A stretch of 64,000 nucleotides of DNA from Cenococcum geophilum. Taxonomy: Eukaryota. The DNA lies in NCBI GenBank assembly GCA_050273025.1, contig CP158635.1, positions 29,016,001-29,080,000 of the forward strand, given 5' to 3'. The notes below the pieces were generated by a model that worked only from the letters and a program-made list of their open reading frames with translations, did not search any database and was not told the DNA's origin. The position numbers were made by a program, and so were the translations under genes. This document shows positions 1 through 13,900 of this stretch, piece by piece. The stretch's first letter is position 1, and each line of letters opens with the position of its first letter.

Positions 1-360
1 AGATCAAGATCAAGCGGGACGCTTAAATTAAGCCGCGAACTGACCTAGACCTCCCCCTACTACCTTAAACGCCGACAGAGACTCTAGTTGCGAGAACTGC
101 GAGTAGGCAAGACGGTGATTGAGTGGGCCGCTTAGATCGAGCGGGATGCTTAGATTAAGTGGGAAGCCTAGGTCAAGACCAAGTGCCGATAGAGACTCCA
201 GTAGCGGGAACTACGAGTAGGCTAGATGGTGACTGAGTGGGCCGCTTAAACCGAGTGGGAAGCCCAGGTCAAGACCGAGTGGGCCGCTTAAATTAAGTGG
301 GAAGCCCAGGTCAAGATTAAGTGGGACGCTTGAATCTGCAAGGTGATGCTAAGGGTGGGA
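1..360. repeat. Degenerate ~21-bp tandem repeats inside the Copia element
   Basis: Recurring GATCGAGCGGGACGCTT / GACCGAGTGGGAAGCCCAGGTCAA-like units, plus a duplicated GCCGA.AGAGACTC.AGT..CG.GAACT.CGAGTAGGC block (~71 and ~185). Confidence 0.75.
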
Positions 361-1082
361 CGCCTGTACTGAAGAGAATGCACACCTATACTATTATGGG
401 GGAGAGTACTAGAAGGAAGGTCGTTACTCCCGAGTAAGCTAGTTTTAAAGCATAAGTACAACGCCAAGGGAGAAGTAATTCGCAAGAAGGCAAGACTATG
501 CATTTGGGGAGATAAGCAGACCCCCGATATTACGAAGACAAGAATTTTAAGAGAATGGAGATGCAAAGACCTAGGACCTGTAGAGGTATTCGTAGGCTTC
601 TAAATCAATTAAGATTATAACTGTAATCCGCCCCCTTGATTATACGCTATGGGGGAGCCGTGATTTGGATGGCTTAAAGGCAGAAGTTGACGGCATTGAG
701 TTTAATGGAAGTAGAGATTATGGCAGCGTCAGAAGGAGTAAGGTCAGCAGTATGGCTTGAGAAGCTGACGAGAGACCTGGGGGAGAGAGACGACGACAAC
801 CCTTTTATCCCTACGCTCTACTGCGACAATAAGGGTACGGTCGACCTTTTGTACGAAACGACATGGTTTAGCGAGGTCGACTTAAAGTGCTACCGATTGA
901 CCAATTTACGAAGCACTGTGTAACGCTAGGAATCGGTAACTGACGGAGCAAGTGATAGAGGTTTTTCGCCTACTAGGTTTTCCCTCCGTATGTAGGCCAA
1001 ATGGCACTTATAAGGTATTTGGGAATAGCTTTATAATTGCCTATTTAGGACAGACGAGGAGAGCGTCGTCAGTATGGGGGAG

Positions 1083-1224
1083 TGTCAGAATTAAGCGAGA
1101 GATGCTGACTAAGCCCTGGACACATTGCGAGGACGAAGTCCGCATGCAATCTATATAGACATTAACCGCATCTACTGCATCACGAATCAATCAATATTCA
1201 TCGTCTGCGTCATCTCTATCATCA
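1083..1224 (+). repeat. Putative 3' LTR (~140 bp, TG...CA)
   Basis: Starts with TGTCAG right after the PPT, contains TATATA and ends ...TCTCTATCATCA. The partner LTR is outside the window, so the 3' end is approximate. Confidence 0.65.
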
Positions 1225-1499
1225 ATTAGACCCTCAAGATACCTCCGCTGTGACCCCATGACCTTGTAATTCCAATATACACCGCTACTAACATGCCATC
1301 AGCAAGCAGCGGCAACTTAGAGACGAGCTTTGATGATCTGGAATGGGGATATGAGGCTAATACCGCCATTAACATTCCACTAGAAAGCAGCGACAACGAA
1401 GAGACGAGGTTAATGCTCTGCAATGGGTATATAAGGATTATTCCTACACCTAAGTTTTAAACTCTTAACATAATATAATTATTTGACTATTTATAAAGT

Positions 1500-3420
1500 A
1501 GAACTAGTAGTGACGCCTAAGCTTATAAGAGAAACCGTCACAATTGCACTAATGCTGCCTCCGCTCCCTTTCCATTTAATATATTACGGCCCGGCTTAGT
1601 AATAACCCTAACCGCTCTTAACCTTTAGAACCTTATTACTATCTAGGACCTATAAGTCCCTATAATAGCTAAATACTAACGTGTAAATAACCAACTTATA
1701 TGGATAATATATCTAAGTATACTTCCCTGTAAAATAGAGTGTTAGGCCTATTATAAGGGAAACATTATCTGCTTTAACCCCTAGCCTATAAAGTATTTCT
1801 GGCATCTTTAATCTTAGTATCTTGTTTGTGTTAGCCGTCCGACTTACTATAGGAGTAAGCTAAAGTAAACGTATATTTATAGCATGTTGGCGCGCTTAAA
1901 AGCTTTCCCTAGTCTCCCCTAGACCGATAAAAGGGTTAGTAGATGTTTCGTTGGTTTGTGTAATATTCTTAATTGTCTTCTTAAGGCTGGACTGTGCGAG
2001 GTCTGTATACTTCTCTTTAATAATGGGTATAACAATATTGCTCTTTAGGAGAGCTTTCTTAGGCGGTTTGTTCTTACTTATGCTTACACTGTTATATCTA
2101 AATTTGGTATAAATGCTACCGGGAAATTTAACTTAGTGGCGGGGCAGGCGGTTTAGAGGGGCAGGTTTTATTGGGCTTTTTGCTTTTTAACCTCCGCTAG
2201 GTAGTAAACGTATATAGATATTAAAATGCTTAGTATCTAAAACAAGCCTTAAACATTTAACGCCCTAATGCTTAAGTAAACGTTACTATTAACGCTTAGG
2301 CTTTACTATTTTTATTAGTAAGGATTTAGTAGTAATGTTTTCGATGCCTTAAATATACCGCTAAAGGTAAGCAACTATATAACCCGCGTCTCTCTATCTA
2401 CAATAGGCTGCTAACCCCTATTTTCCATAGGCATGCTTATAACGCCCCTTCTCGTCCTTTATAATGTTTAGCAGCCTAATCTAAACCCTACGCATGCTTT
2501 AATAGGAACTATTACACCGTATAACCTTTAAACGATCTTCGCCATGTATAGCATCCTATAATTAATATATATAATAGCCGCTGTGCGGGCCGCTATATAT
2601 ATTAGACGCCTAATATCTTATCCTACGCGAATGTATTTGCACTATCCCTCCTACCCTTTATAATATTTAGTAGCCCAGACTTTGTATATAGCTGTAATAA
2701 GACCTACTAACGGTATATGGCACGCGACCTTTAACCGGTCTTTGTTGCGTATAGCATCCTCTAAATAATATATATACAGCCATTAATTTCGCCTACTAAT
2801 TCTTATTTAATCCTTAAAGGCAATACTTATAGATAAGTAGCTCTATAACCAGCGTCTCTATTTAGAATATAATGCTAACATTTTATCCTCTATAGTCGTA
2901 TATGCAAATTCTCCCTAAACTTTCTAGCGCTTAGCAACCTTCGCAGATACATATGCAACTTACTCCTCCCTTATATTTAGTGCCTCCTAATTTACGCCGT
3001 GCTCCAAAAATGCCGTTGTTAAGCAGCGTGCACTTACCGAAACCGGCGGCAAAGTGAAGAACTTAAAGGCGGCGCAGAATAGGCTTCTATAAATGCATTC
3101 GTAGCGTCTTCTCGTCCTATACTATCTGGCAATCCAATTTAAACCTTAAACATTATTCTTAACCTTTATCAATTTTTACTACCCGTAATACTAACGGCGG
3201 CTTATATTTTATAAGTATCTAAAGTATAGCTAGAGGCGAGGTGGTATTTACGTAAGTTTTCTATGGCCTTGCGGTCTTCGAATATACGTTAGTGGCACCC
3301 TCCTGTCCGCGATCTAGCCTTGACAATTCCGAGACAGATACTTACCGGTTTTTATTACCCGCCGCGTGTATATATATAGGTTAGGTTAATCTTTCTAAGC
3401 CTAAGCACACCGTAATTAGC
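1500..3420 (-). pseudogene. RIP-degraded gene of unknown function with internal repeated segments
   Basis: Protein-like minus-strand frame broken by TAA/TAG. Duplicated segments CTTCTCGTCCT (~2448, ~3108) and GTATAGCATCCT (~2546, ~2749). Confidence 0.4.
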
Positions 3421-4988
3421 GCGCCCTTTACTATCCTTTATACGTTAGAAGCTAAGTCTTAAGTTAGTGCTATAATATAAAAGGCTACTAAGAACCCCGT
3501 ACCTTCTCCACTAAATCCTTTGCATTATGACCCACACCTCGCAATTTTAGTAACAGTACTAGCTACTACGCGCTGATCTTAACGATTTATACGTCTCTAC
3601 CTCTAACTAATATTTTCTTAAACTGATATTAATAGAAAACTGTAGTTTCCTTGCTCCTATTAGCATAACTATATTAGTATAACGCAGACAGCAATAGACT
3701 TTAAAGTAGTTCTCTGTTAGTTTACTAATATTCACTTTTGCTATATACTACTAATATTTTATAGCAATAGCTAGGGCTATATTTTAGGAACATCTGGATA
3801 TGCAAATTAACGTTTAGGATAAGGTAGTTAAAGGTTACTATTATACTATTGCCGTAGTTTAATTATATGGTAGTATTATCTCGTCTAAAGAGCATCGCTG
3901 TTAATGGCGGCTAAAGGGCGCTTATTGCGGCAACGGTCTAAATGGTGTAGTTGGAGTCTTATATTTGGAACTAAAAGCAAAGGCGGCCTCTAAATTTAAT
4001 GCTTTTAGTTAAGCTAAGCTCGAACTAAAAGTAGAGGCGGTCTTAGAATTTAATGCTTCTACACTAGTTAGTTACTAAGCTTTCTATAGGAGCAGCGTCT
4101 TTACTACTACTAATGGATTCTTAACTACTCTCTAATAATTCGTTTTACGTAATGTAATACCGTTACGCTAATCCGATATCTAACTATGTGTTTTTATTTT
4201 TATATAGACTTATATATAAAGTAACGTAATAGAAGCTTCTGTATAAATACTACCCTATTAATAGCTAAGAGCCGTTGGGAGTTAGAATAAAGCGTACCCG
4301 GAATCAACTACTAGCTAAGAATATTTCCTAAATCCGCCTAGATGTCTTGTATCTCTGCCGCCAAAATCCCCTTTAAGTCTTAGCCTACCACCTATAACAG
4401 CCGCTGCTTACTCTAATAAACCAATTCCACAACTACCGATAGAAAAAAATAACTATAAACCCTTTATCTTCGTCACCCGTAGCACTAGCATTAGCTAGGC
4501 GTTAATACGTCTTTATTACTCACCGTATATATACACTTAATCCAGCTTAGTTAATGCACACCGTAGTCTGCGCCTCGCCATTATAATTAACATTAAGAGC
4601 CTCAGTTTTAGGCCGGTTAGGTCTTTTATATATATAAATAGACTCCTAAGATTTGTATATCCTATCTAATAAAGACCTTATTTGCATTACAGCCTATATC
4701 TTATAGTAAAGGCTATAGTGCTACTAACTGCACTTAGCTTTTAGGTAAGTAACTATGCACTTAACCCTTTACCTGCTAACAAGTTATTTCCGTAGGCGTT
4801 CTGTAACCTTTCCTCTCCCTTTAGACTATTTTGCTACCTAATTAAGGCCCGCCTTACTTTGTAATTTAGAGGAATAAACTATACGACCTTATGAAGAAGA
4901 GTACTACTTTATACCCCCCTTATAGAAACCTGTTATATTAATTTAGATCCTTTTTAATAAGCACTAAAAGATGTTATAAAACTAGCAA

Positions 4989-5445
4989 ATGAGTGACCAG
5001 CAGTCTAGAGGACGAGTGGAGTTACTAAGACTAAGGGGAGAGGCATCGCGAGTAAAAGGAGATGAATGGTTGGAGGTAAAGGATCTTAGTAAGAGACGAA
5101 AGACTTAGAATAAACTTGCATAGCAACAATTCCGTAAGTAAAGCTCCGTCTGCCTTTTTATATTACCTTTAAAATCGTTTATTAACAATGCATTGCCTCT
5201 ATAGGAGAGAAAGTAAGAGAATAAAAAGTAAGAGAATAAAAAGAAGAGATGGAACGAGAGGTCGAAAATTAGAAGCGAGTAGGCAGTTCCTATGCTTCCC
5301 TTAAGCTAGGAGATCTTAATCTAGGCCGTAAACTATCCGGACTTCCTTAGGGAGGCATCTCCATGCGGTATATTATTAAGGCCGGAAAAACCAAAGAACA
5401 GAACTTATAGCAAATTTCCCGTGAGAATTTGGTGTACGCCGCCGC
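4989..5445 (+). pseudogene. RIP-inactivated bZIP-domain protein
   Basis: MSDQQSRGR...GDEWLEVKD(P)SKRRKT(Q)NKLA(Q)QQF is followed by a GTAAGT intron donor. The next exon reads ...(Q)KRVGSSYAS...LSGLP(W)GGISMR. The D.W....D..ERR..QNK.AQ..FR pattern is a fungal bZIP basic region. Confidence 0.8.
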
Positions 5446-5875
5446 CAGTAATGTTAATAGTTAGGTTACTCTTTGGATTGGTTCGGTTTAACTAAAATCT
5501 TAAGAGTAACCGGTTCGTCGATTTTACTGGCTCAATTTGGATCGGTTATTAGGTATTTTAATAAACTGGTTATCTAATAAAACCAGATAGCTCTGGCCAT
5601 AATATAAAAATGAGCCTCTGTATAAGCCTCTGTATAAGCCTCTATATAAGCCCCTACTAAGCCTTACCTTATAGGGATAAGCGCTATAATTTAAATAGGG
5701 CTAGCCTCTGCCAAGGCCAAAAAAATACACTAAAACTTGTAAATAAACACTTTTAAGACATGTTATCTGGTTAATCTGGTTTAACCAGTTCTATAACCGG
5801 TTCAAGCCTTAAAATTGTATTTTAGATTGGTTTTGGCCTCATTTTTAAAACCTAACCTAACTGTTGATATTACTA
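5446..5875. mobile_element. MITE-like element (~430 bp) with ~22-bp TIRs
   Basis: Left CAGTAATGTTAATAGTTAGGTTA matches the reverse complement of right TAACCTAACTGTTGATATTACTA with transitions only. Interior has AACCGG/GGTT motifs and three AGCCTCT(G/A)TATA 12-mers. No TSD recognised. Confidence 0.7.
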
Positions 5876-6962
5876 TATAAAATACTAGGAAATACAGAAA
5901 AGATGTCTAGTAAATATTGTAGCGATGTAAGAGCTAGCTCCTTTCTTATTATTTTGTAATAGGTAATTAACGCTCCCTATAAAGAGTATAGGCTCGATGA
6001 AAACTATGGTTAGTTTGGCCAACTACCTATAAGCTACTGCAAGCTAATGCTAACTCTTTCCTCCTAGGTGATTGTAAAGATATACTGTCGAAATTAAAGC
6101 TATTTAGTAGCAGGGCAGGATTATCCGCATCGCCATTAAAGTGATGTTTCTTTTGGCCTACGTAGCAAGAGGGCCTAGTTGCGTATAATGGGGGATTCTT
6201 ATTTAGCAAATTCGAAAGCTAGTTAGGGATTTTGATACGCATAAAACCAAGACTTCTAAGACTAGAGACTTTACATTTGCATTAGTATAAGAATACCAAC
6301 CACCGAATTAGATCCTTATGTCGACCGCAAAAAAGAAGGTTATAAAAGGACTTATATATCCCTTAATTCTATAAAGAAAAGAGACTATATATATATAAGG
6401 TAGATGTAGGTATAGGGGGGGGAGTTGGTAACCGAGTTGGTGACCAAGTTAAGGGGTAGGTAACTAAGTTGGGTGGAAAGACGACCTAACTTAGGTCGAC
6501 ACCTTAATATCGCTAAGTCTTAATGCACTTGATTCTTAACCCAATATCGTCGTTTATAACGTGCTGGCTGCGCTATAACAATTATCTGACTATAATTAAG
6601 GTGTAAATGCAATATATAGCTATGAAATCAGGCCTCCTACCGGCGTATAAGCGCCTTCCTTTTGCATTAAATGGCATTCGGTAGCATCTCTTTAAGCTCG
6701 CATGTATACCCCCTTAGAGGTTAAGCATTGAGTAATACTAAGCAGATATATAAACGCACGACGATGAATTAGCATAATGCGTGCGGCAATAACTTCTAGG
6801 CTAAACGTATGATATAGATTAGAAGAGCCTTTTACAGTGTAGGTCTAGTCCTATAATTTAGTATAACTCGGCTTTAGTGGTTATTTATATATCTAACTCC
6901 CCAGTATTAAAATATCTCGACTTTATTCTTTTTAGCATCTTTTAACTTAGAAACTGAGAATC

Positions 6963-7940
6963 ATGCCAAACGTTCCTGGTCCTCCTCCTCCTCCTCCTCT
7001 TCCTCCTCCTCCTCCTTTTCCTCCTCCTGTTACTATTACTACTGCCGCCACTACTGCTGCCGTTGCTACTGCCCTAAACCCCTCTGCTTCTCACTCCCCC
7101 CCCAAGGTTTCATTCCGAGATAATATGGTACGGCCGTTTAAACCGAAATTTTACGTAGATCTGGATCTATTAAAAAAGATAGGCAGCTATTTAAACGTTA
7201 AGATACCTTTTAGGCTTATGTTACTTACAACTTTATATCTGCGTAAGAACAGTCTCAAGTGTAAAGCAGAGTCTCTCCTTAAGATAATGGAAAATATTAA
7301 TAACGCCGTAGCGAGACAACTTTCTAAGAAGGTAATAAAGAGTAATAATGAAGTAAGGGCTCTTATTAGTGCATTGCGGGAACGTGCTATTCTTTCTTTA
7401 AAGAATATAAACGAGATAAATAAATGTTGCTTTGAGCCGAAACTTTGCTAAGAGCTTTAATTAATAAAGTATAGTGGTAAGAAGATTGGTGTTAGCGTAG
7501 ATGGGGAATAGTGTTATAGTAAGCTTTAAACTTTTACCTTGGCTCTTGGGACTAGACCGCTACGTTATAACCTCACTATTGTCTTGGATAAAGAAATAGA
7601 TGATCTTCCTATTATTAAGTATAATGTTCCTTAGAAAGAGTGGTTTTAGGGGTTAACTCTAGTAAAGTTCTAGAAGGAAGATTCCCCCCTATAAAATATA
7701 CCTACTTTGGATAAAGAATATAACGACATAGCTAGAGATATGGATAGCGCTGCGTTATTAGAGATGGTAAGAATCTAAATAAACTAGTTAAGGAGTTGGG
7801 GGGTATGGGACTTAATAGTGGCTAAGGGGTTTATGCTGCCCAATCCTTTAGGTTCCGTAATATTAAATAATTTACTTTTACTTACCGAATCGCTTAATAT
7901 GGAAATAGCTCCTTAATTTTGGGTAGGTTAGGGACTTTAA
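6963..7940 (+). pseudogene. RIP-degraded gene with N-terminal poly-proline tract, unknown function
   Basis: ORF 6963-7451 (MPNVPGPPPPPPLPPPPP...). The frame continues through TAA/TAG RIP-type stops to ~7940. Confidence 0.65.
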
Positions 7941-9249
7941 TAGGCGTAGGAATAGGAATTATAAAGCTTAAGACCGTAGTTTTGCTTTAGTACAAGAATA
8001 TTAATTATAGGATTAGACCCTTAATATCGCTAAGCTTTAATACACTTAATATATAGCCCCGCCGTTTGCGACGTACTAGCTATGGAGAAGTAAGGGGTAT
8101 TTTTACAGTTGGACGTAGTCGGTTAGTGGCCAAAGGTATTTAGATAGTAAAGATATACCTACATGCTTAATGCGAGAAATTGTTATACTAGTTATTAGGA
8201 GCCTAGTACGCAAACTATTATATATAAGCTACTAAATACGACCTCATCCTACCGTTACGGTATTCTAAAGTAGTTTTGCTAGTGGATGAAAGGTAGATAG
8301 AGAGGTAGTATAAGTTAAGGAGCGCTTCCCTCTCGAACTTTAGTTTCTAGAGCTGCTCTCTAGTAATATATATACCTCTAATTGGCCGCTAGCAAATAGA
8401 AATACTAAAAGCGATAGAGGTAAGAAGGGATAAAATGTGTGTAAGAGAAGTATTACTATACTGTACTAATAGATCTCTATTTTAATAGTTAAACTTTAAA
8501 TTGCTTAAACCCTAGGTATGGCCGCGCGATCTTATAATACAGACTATAAAAGATTTTAGATTTCCTCCTAAATTAGGCGTATTAGATATTGCACTTATTA
8601 GTCCTATTCTACTATTCCTTTCCACTATTACTAAGCAAATGAGGGAAGAATTGCTTAATAAAAGGGTTATAAAGGCCTGTCTTATTAAAGGTCAAATTAC
8701 TTAGAAAGAAATAATAGGCGTGGTTTTAAGGTAATCTCTAAGACCTATTCCGGATGGGAGGTTTATACTAATATTAGGATCGCAGTTATATAAAATACAC
8801 TAGCGACGCCTAGAAGGACAAGAGGGTGGAATAATATATTTCTGCCTAGGTTGGGATTAAGCTTAAACTGGGGATAGATACCAATATCTTTTATGTATAT
8901 ATAACCGGACCGAACATTCCTAAACTATGGTATAAAAAAAATTATACGTTTATATGTATTACTATGTTAAGCAATGAGAAAATAGAGGGAGGGAGGATAG
9001 TTTTAAGGGGTCTGTCCGGAGACGCCGTAGAAATGCCTCCCTTGTAGATAGTAAGACTCCTAGTATTCTTAATATGAAACTTATACTTAGCGTTATATAC
9101 TAGGGCTAGGGCATTATATTCTAAGGATCGCTTATTTAGTGTAAGGTAATGCCTTTCTAAGGCTAGTAAGAGCGAATTATTGCGATAACTGCGTTCTGAC
9201 CTCGCTCGTACCGTCTACTTAACGAAACGGTTCTCTTACCTAGAACTAT

Positions 9250-10396
9250 CTTAGATACGAAGAGATATTGTTTAGAGGTCAGTCAACACCGCTTAAAGAT
9301 AATTTCTAAGATGCTAGAAGAGCCGCGTAAGGAAAATACAGAAAAGCTCTTAGAGCTTGTTTGGCGCACTTGCACTAATATAACTAATAAGGACTTCTTA
9401 AACGTGCCTAAATTAATTAATGCGGTAAGAGGCGGTCTTAAGGAAGAACTAGATCTTGTTTAAAATAAATATAGTCTAATACGGACCCTGACTTTCTTTA
9501 CTATAATAGAATGGATTCTTAAGCTTATAAGGGAAATGATAGACTATATGGGTATTTAAAAACCGCGTATCGCTAAAGTAAAAGAAATTGACCGGATTGC
9601 TGTGGTGATAATATTAGGTTTTAGACTATCTCTAGTTAACTAGTACTAAAGACCGTGGTATAAAAAATACCTAAGAGATACCTTCGTTAACTACAAGCTT
9701 TAGCTTATTAGGTTACTCCGGAACCCTAAAGGCAAGGTTATCGTTTTAGAGGATTTATACCGTCCAAATAAGTTTAGCTGGATTCCCGCCGCCTTCCCCG
9801 AAAACCTTCTATAAGAAAAGCGTGGAAATAAGGTTATTGTTAGTATAATTATTGGCATAGGCTTTTAGCTAAAGGAGGTGCCTAAGGATAATAGTTTGTA
9901 TTTACGATTACCTAATATAAATCGCGCTAATATTAAATCCAGGCTGTCTAGAGCATCTTAGTAATACTCTTTATATATAAGGCCGAGACAAGAACCTAAG
10001 CGCGGTAGTGTTGTATAAGAAGTAGATAGAGCCTTAGAAATCTAAGTATAAAGCCTAAAGTATAAACATTAAACACTTGCTAACAATGTTAGGCGCTCTA
10101 AGGGATGCGAGGTAAAACTTAATGCCTTTACTATGCACCTAGCGTACCGGGGTCTAGGGTATGGAGAATTGCTAGTAAAGAAATTTATGTCTGAGGTAAA
10201 TTCTGTAAAAGATGTAAAAAAGAGGGTATATGTGACCGCAACGCCGTCGAGCGAAAAGATCCTAAAAAATGTTGGTTTTGTATTTGAGTATCACTAGGTG
10301 GATACTGGGGATAAAACCTCATTTACTCTTAGTTCTGGCGTATGCGCGCCGAGGGAGGGCGAGAAGGTTGTGAGGGATGCTATTTGCTCAAATTAG
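9250..10396 (+). pseudogene. RIP-inactivated GNAT-family acetyltransferase
   Basis: 'MH(P)AYRGLGYGELLVKKF' (acetyl-CoA-binding R-G-x-G-x-G motif, ~10133-10185) is followed by 'VYVTATPSSEKILKNVGF'. Upstream 'IDRIAVV..LGF..SP...Y.RPW' resembles fungal GNAT N-termini. Confidence 0.7.
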
Positions 10397-11171
10397 TCGT
10401 TTACGAAACGAATAAGAATCCTTAGTATGTAGATCCCTAATTTTTACGCCCAAACTTAGGTCCCTATGGTCTTTACGCTCTGCAATATACATCTAAAATT
10501 AATACATTTTAGATCAAAATTTGCGTGTATATTAGGTAGATTTTAGTGTATATAGAGCTGAATTTAAATATAAAATATACAGTTTTATCCGTAGACTCTA
10601 TATGCGAAATGCAGTGGTTTTTAATATATATTGCACCTAGATTTCACGTATATTAGGCACGAATCTCGTGTATATAACTGTAGAGAAGCTTAATATTTGG
10701 CTTAATTTAACTAATCTAAATATTAAATATTCTTTATATAATTTCTAAATCGGCCGCGTAGCCCACCTATATGCGACTCTGCCACTAGAGCTTTATTAAG
10801 CCTCCTATACGTGCCGTAGCTAGACGATCGTATCGTCGCAATAAGAGCGCGAAGCTAGTTACTAGGTCGTAAGAGGTAGAATATTAAGGCCCTATGGGGG
10901 GCAAGCTATATAGGGTACGTAGACGGTCTATATCCGCGCGATAAGTAGGGTTAGTATAAGGCACTACAATACTAGGAAACGCGTTAAGATAGGATAAATA
11001 GTAGGGCGACGTCAGCTTTAACTAACTAGCTAATAATAGGGACGTTATATCGATAATAAGGCGCGTTTAACGTGGAAATGGGCTAGTTATCTTACGGTTT
11101 TACACGTAAGTTTGGGCGCAAAAATCGGGGATCTGCATGCTAAGGATTCTTATTCGTTTCGTAAACGACTA
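10394..11171. mobile_element. MITE-like non-autonomous element (~780 bp) with ~65-bp TIRs
   Basis: TAGTCGTTTACGAAACGAATAAGAATCCTTAGTATGTAGATCCCTAATTTTTACGCCCAAACTTA at 10394 is the reverse complement (transitions only) of 11107-11171. No coding capacity seen. Confidence 0.88.
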
Positions 11172-11389
11172 ATGTTCGTTAACTGATTTCGCCGACTCGA
11201 CCTATAAAAACGTTCTTTCCTGCATCGTTCTGCCGCATATATCTTTTGACTTCTAATATAACTACTATAAGGTGTAGGATTATTCGTAAACTTATAAAGA
11301 ATGTTTGGTATACTCTATGTAATATTAAACATTAAACATTAATTGTAGATATAACTAAATATTCTAAAGTATTAAACTAGCCTTAGCCG

Positions 11390-13900
11390 TAAAGAGAATC
11401 GGAATCGGAGTTGGAGCTATTAACTTTAACACTAGACATATTAATTTCTTCGCTAGCTTATTGCCCGCCGCCGTCTAAACTACTTAGAGACCCTTCTGCA
11501 TCTAGGAATAGCTATGGCTTATTTATTCTGTCTTCCTCTAATAGCGGCTTCCCCGTATTAGGATGCAGCCGGCATATTCTTAATTTCTTAAATACTATCC
11601 TCTTCCTTATATAAGCTTGCGTTAAAATCTCTACCTAAGCCTCTCCCCATCGCTTATTACTTATTTCGACTATCTCTAATTTAGTTAACCAGTTAACGAG
11701 CGGCATTTCGTTAGCGTAAGGGTTTTTAGTCTTTTCCTTATAGACCTCAGTTCTAATATAGGTATCTAGCTTTCGCTTGCTATTATTACAGGATTATAGG
11801 ACCTGTACATATAGGCCAAGCTTCTTAATAATATTGATTCGTTTTCTTTTACCATTCCCGTCATTTATATATACCTTATACCATTTCTTATTAAACTTAG
11901 AGTGTTTCTCTTCTATGCTCTAAAGCTTATCAGCGCCTCTTGGCGCAAGTTAGTAGCTACTAATTACTTAGTAAAATGGATGGTTTTCTATGCCCGCATT
12001 GATAATAAAGCGACTTTACTGTTTGTTTTCGTAAGGTCTCGTAGCCTCTAGAATGCTAAATTCTGTCCTTCCATCCTTATATAAAGGCATCTCAATGCAA
12101 TCGTCGTTTAGTAAGAGTGTAGATTATTAAGGTCTATATTAGACTCTACGGATTTAAATGCCTCTAGTATATATTTTAGAGCGATAGGGTCTGTAGCTAA
12201 TAGGATATAGAGTGTAGCTGCGGGCTCTAGGGCGTTCTGTCTAGGTAGGACGCTTTTAGCTTTCTTTCCGTTAGGTTTGGATGTTTTAGCAAACCCTACC
12301 CTTTTAGCAGTAGCATCGCTCTTTATAGGCAATTTGGTAAAGCTTTCTTCTTTAGAAACAAATAGTGTTTTATTAGCACTACTTTCATTAGTAAAACTGC
12401 CGACTTTAGCTGAACTTACTGCTTTAGTACGGGAGCTACTCTTTATAGGTGGTTTAGTAGAGCTTGCTTTAGCATTGCTTACTCTGGGGTTAATACCTAT
12501 AGAGGGTTTAGCAGAGCTTGTTATATTAGTAGCAGCAGAGCCAATCTTTATAGACGGCCCAGCACCGCTGGCGCTGCTCAATTGTTTGGCTAAATCGCCC
12601 TCTATGGAGTTTAGCAGCCTTAAGCTCTCTCGAGCCGTAGCGCCTATAGAGAGTACTAGCTTCTTTCTAGGAATCTAAGTGCTTGCACTATTAATACCTT
12701 CTAATAACAGTATCGCTTTAATCCTAAGTATAAGTTAATCTCTTTTTTATTCTTGGGTGTCCTTATTAGGTATCTCTAAGATACTAAGAATTTCTTTTAT
12801 AGATTGAATTGGTATTTCGTAATTAGTTAAAACTAGGTTAAGCTTTTTATTGACTTTTATAAGCTCTATATTTTTCTGTTTAGCTGCTTTAATTGCTTTT
12901 TTTAGAGATATATCTCTTGCTACAAACTTCTTTTAGCGGGCTAAGTTAAAAAATTCTTGTACTTATAGTCTAATATCGTTCCATACCGCCATTTACTTAA
13001 GTATTAGGCCTCTTAGGGCCTCTAAACAGGCTAAATAGGCAGTAGTAGCCTTTAGCGATTCATTAATTAACTGCTTAATTTTAATCTTAATGTGGCTTGG
13101 CGTTATTAACTTATAATTAATGCCTACTTTTTTTAGCGACTTAATGAACATAACTGACCCCTCCGTAAGTTTTTTAATACTTTTCTCTCTTATGACTGTT
13201 CCTTCCTTAAGAGTATTAATTTTATTAAGCTGGTTTTTAAACGCTTAAATATTGTCTAGTATTATTTTTTAAGGGAAATACTAATAACGGTCTGGTCGCT
13301 TATATTTCTTTTTTAATTCCGTAAACTTATCCTAGGCTTTCCGTTAAAACTCTTTTACTATATCCTTATTATCCACATCCAATGTTTTATTCTTTATTGC
13401 GGCCTTTTTAGCTTCTAGGTAGGCTATATTAAACTTAAAAGAGATGGCTTAAACTAGCTTAGAATTATAATTACTGTTAAATTTCTTAATTTCTGTATCC
13501 AGTTTATTTATTGCTTTTTTATAAGTTAATAAAATGCCTATATCCCACCACCGTCTAACAAAGGGAAAGGCTTTATAATATACTTTTCTTATCTCTTTTA
13601 GTACCTCGCTAAGCCCTTTTTCTTAATCTTATGACATTTGCACTGCCCCTTTAAGCTAAAGTGCTACCCCATTCTCGTCTAGGGAGTAGTGTTTTTTAGT
13701 TAGATTCTAAACCCTAACCTTTTTTATTTCGACGTCATCTTTATTATCTAAGGAATTTATCTCTATTTTATTATCTAAGATAACTTATTCTATCTCCTCT
13801 TTCTCCTTAAAGTTGTTATTTACTACTAAAGCTTTAGGTCGCCGATAATCCGAATATGTTTTAAACGGCTTAATGATATTCTCTAATTTTTGATTTTAAG
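11390..13900 (-). pseudogene. Large RIP-degraded gene: charged/coiled-coil region, Ser/Lys/Ala low-complexity linker, unknown C-terminal domain
   Basis: Long minus-strand frame with RIP-type stops that includes ORF 12108-12581 (repeated SAKPS/SAKVG). No family recognised. Confidence 0.55.

Larger units (their letters stand above)
1..1224 (+). mobile_element. 3' part of an internally deleted Ty1/Copia LTR retrotransposon (RT/RNase H remnants, PPT, 3' LTR)
   Basis: RT remnant 'KLVLKHKYNAKGEVIRKKARLC' (~435-500) joined to 'WRCKDLG'. RNase H remnant 'TALSLMEVEIMAASEGVRSAVWLEKL...LYCDNKGTVDL' (687-850). Purine tract ATGGGGGAG lies immediately before TGTCAG at 1083. Confidence 0.88.

Noticed and set aside
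12277..12678. Hydrophobic 133-aa plus-strand ORF resembling a membrane protein
   Set aside because: It is the antisense shadow of the Ser/Lys/Ala-rich minus-strand pseudogene.
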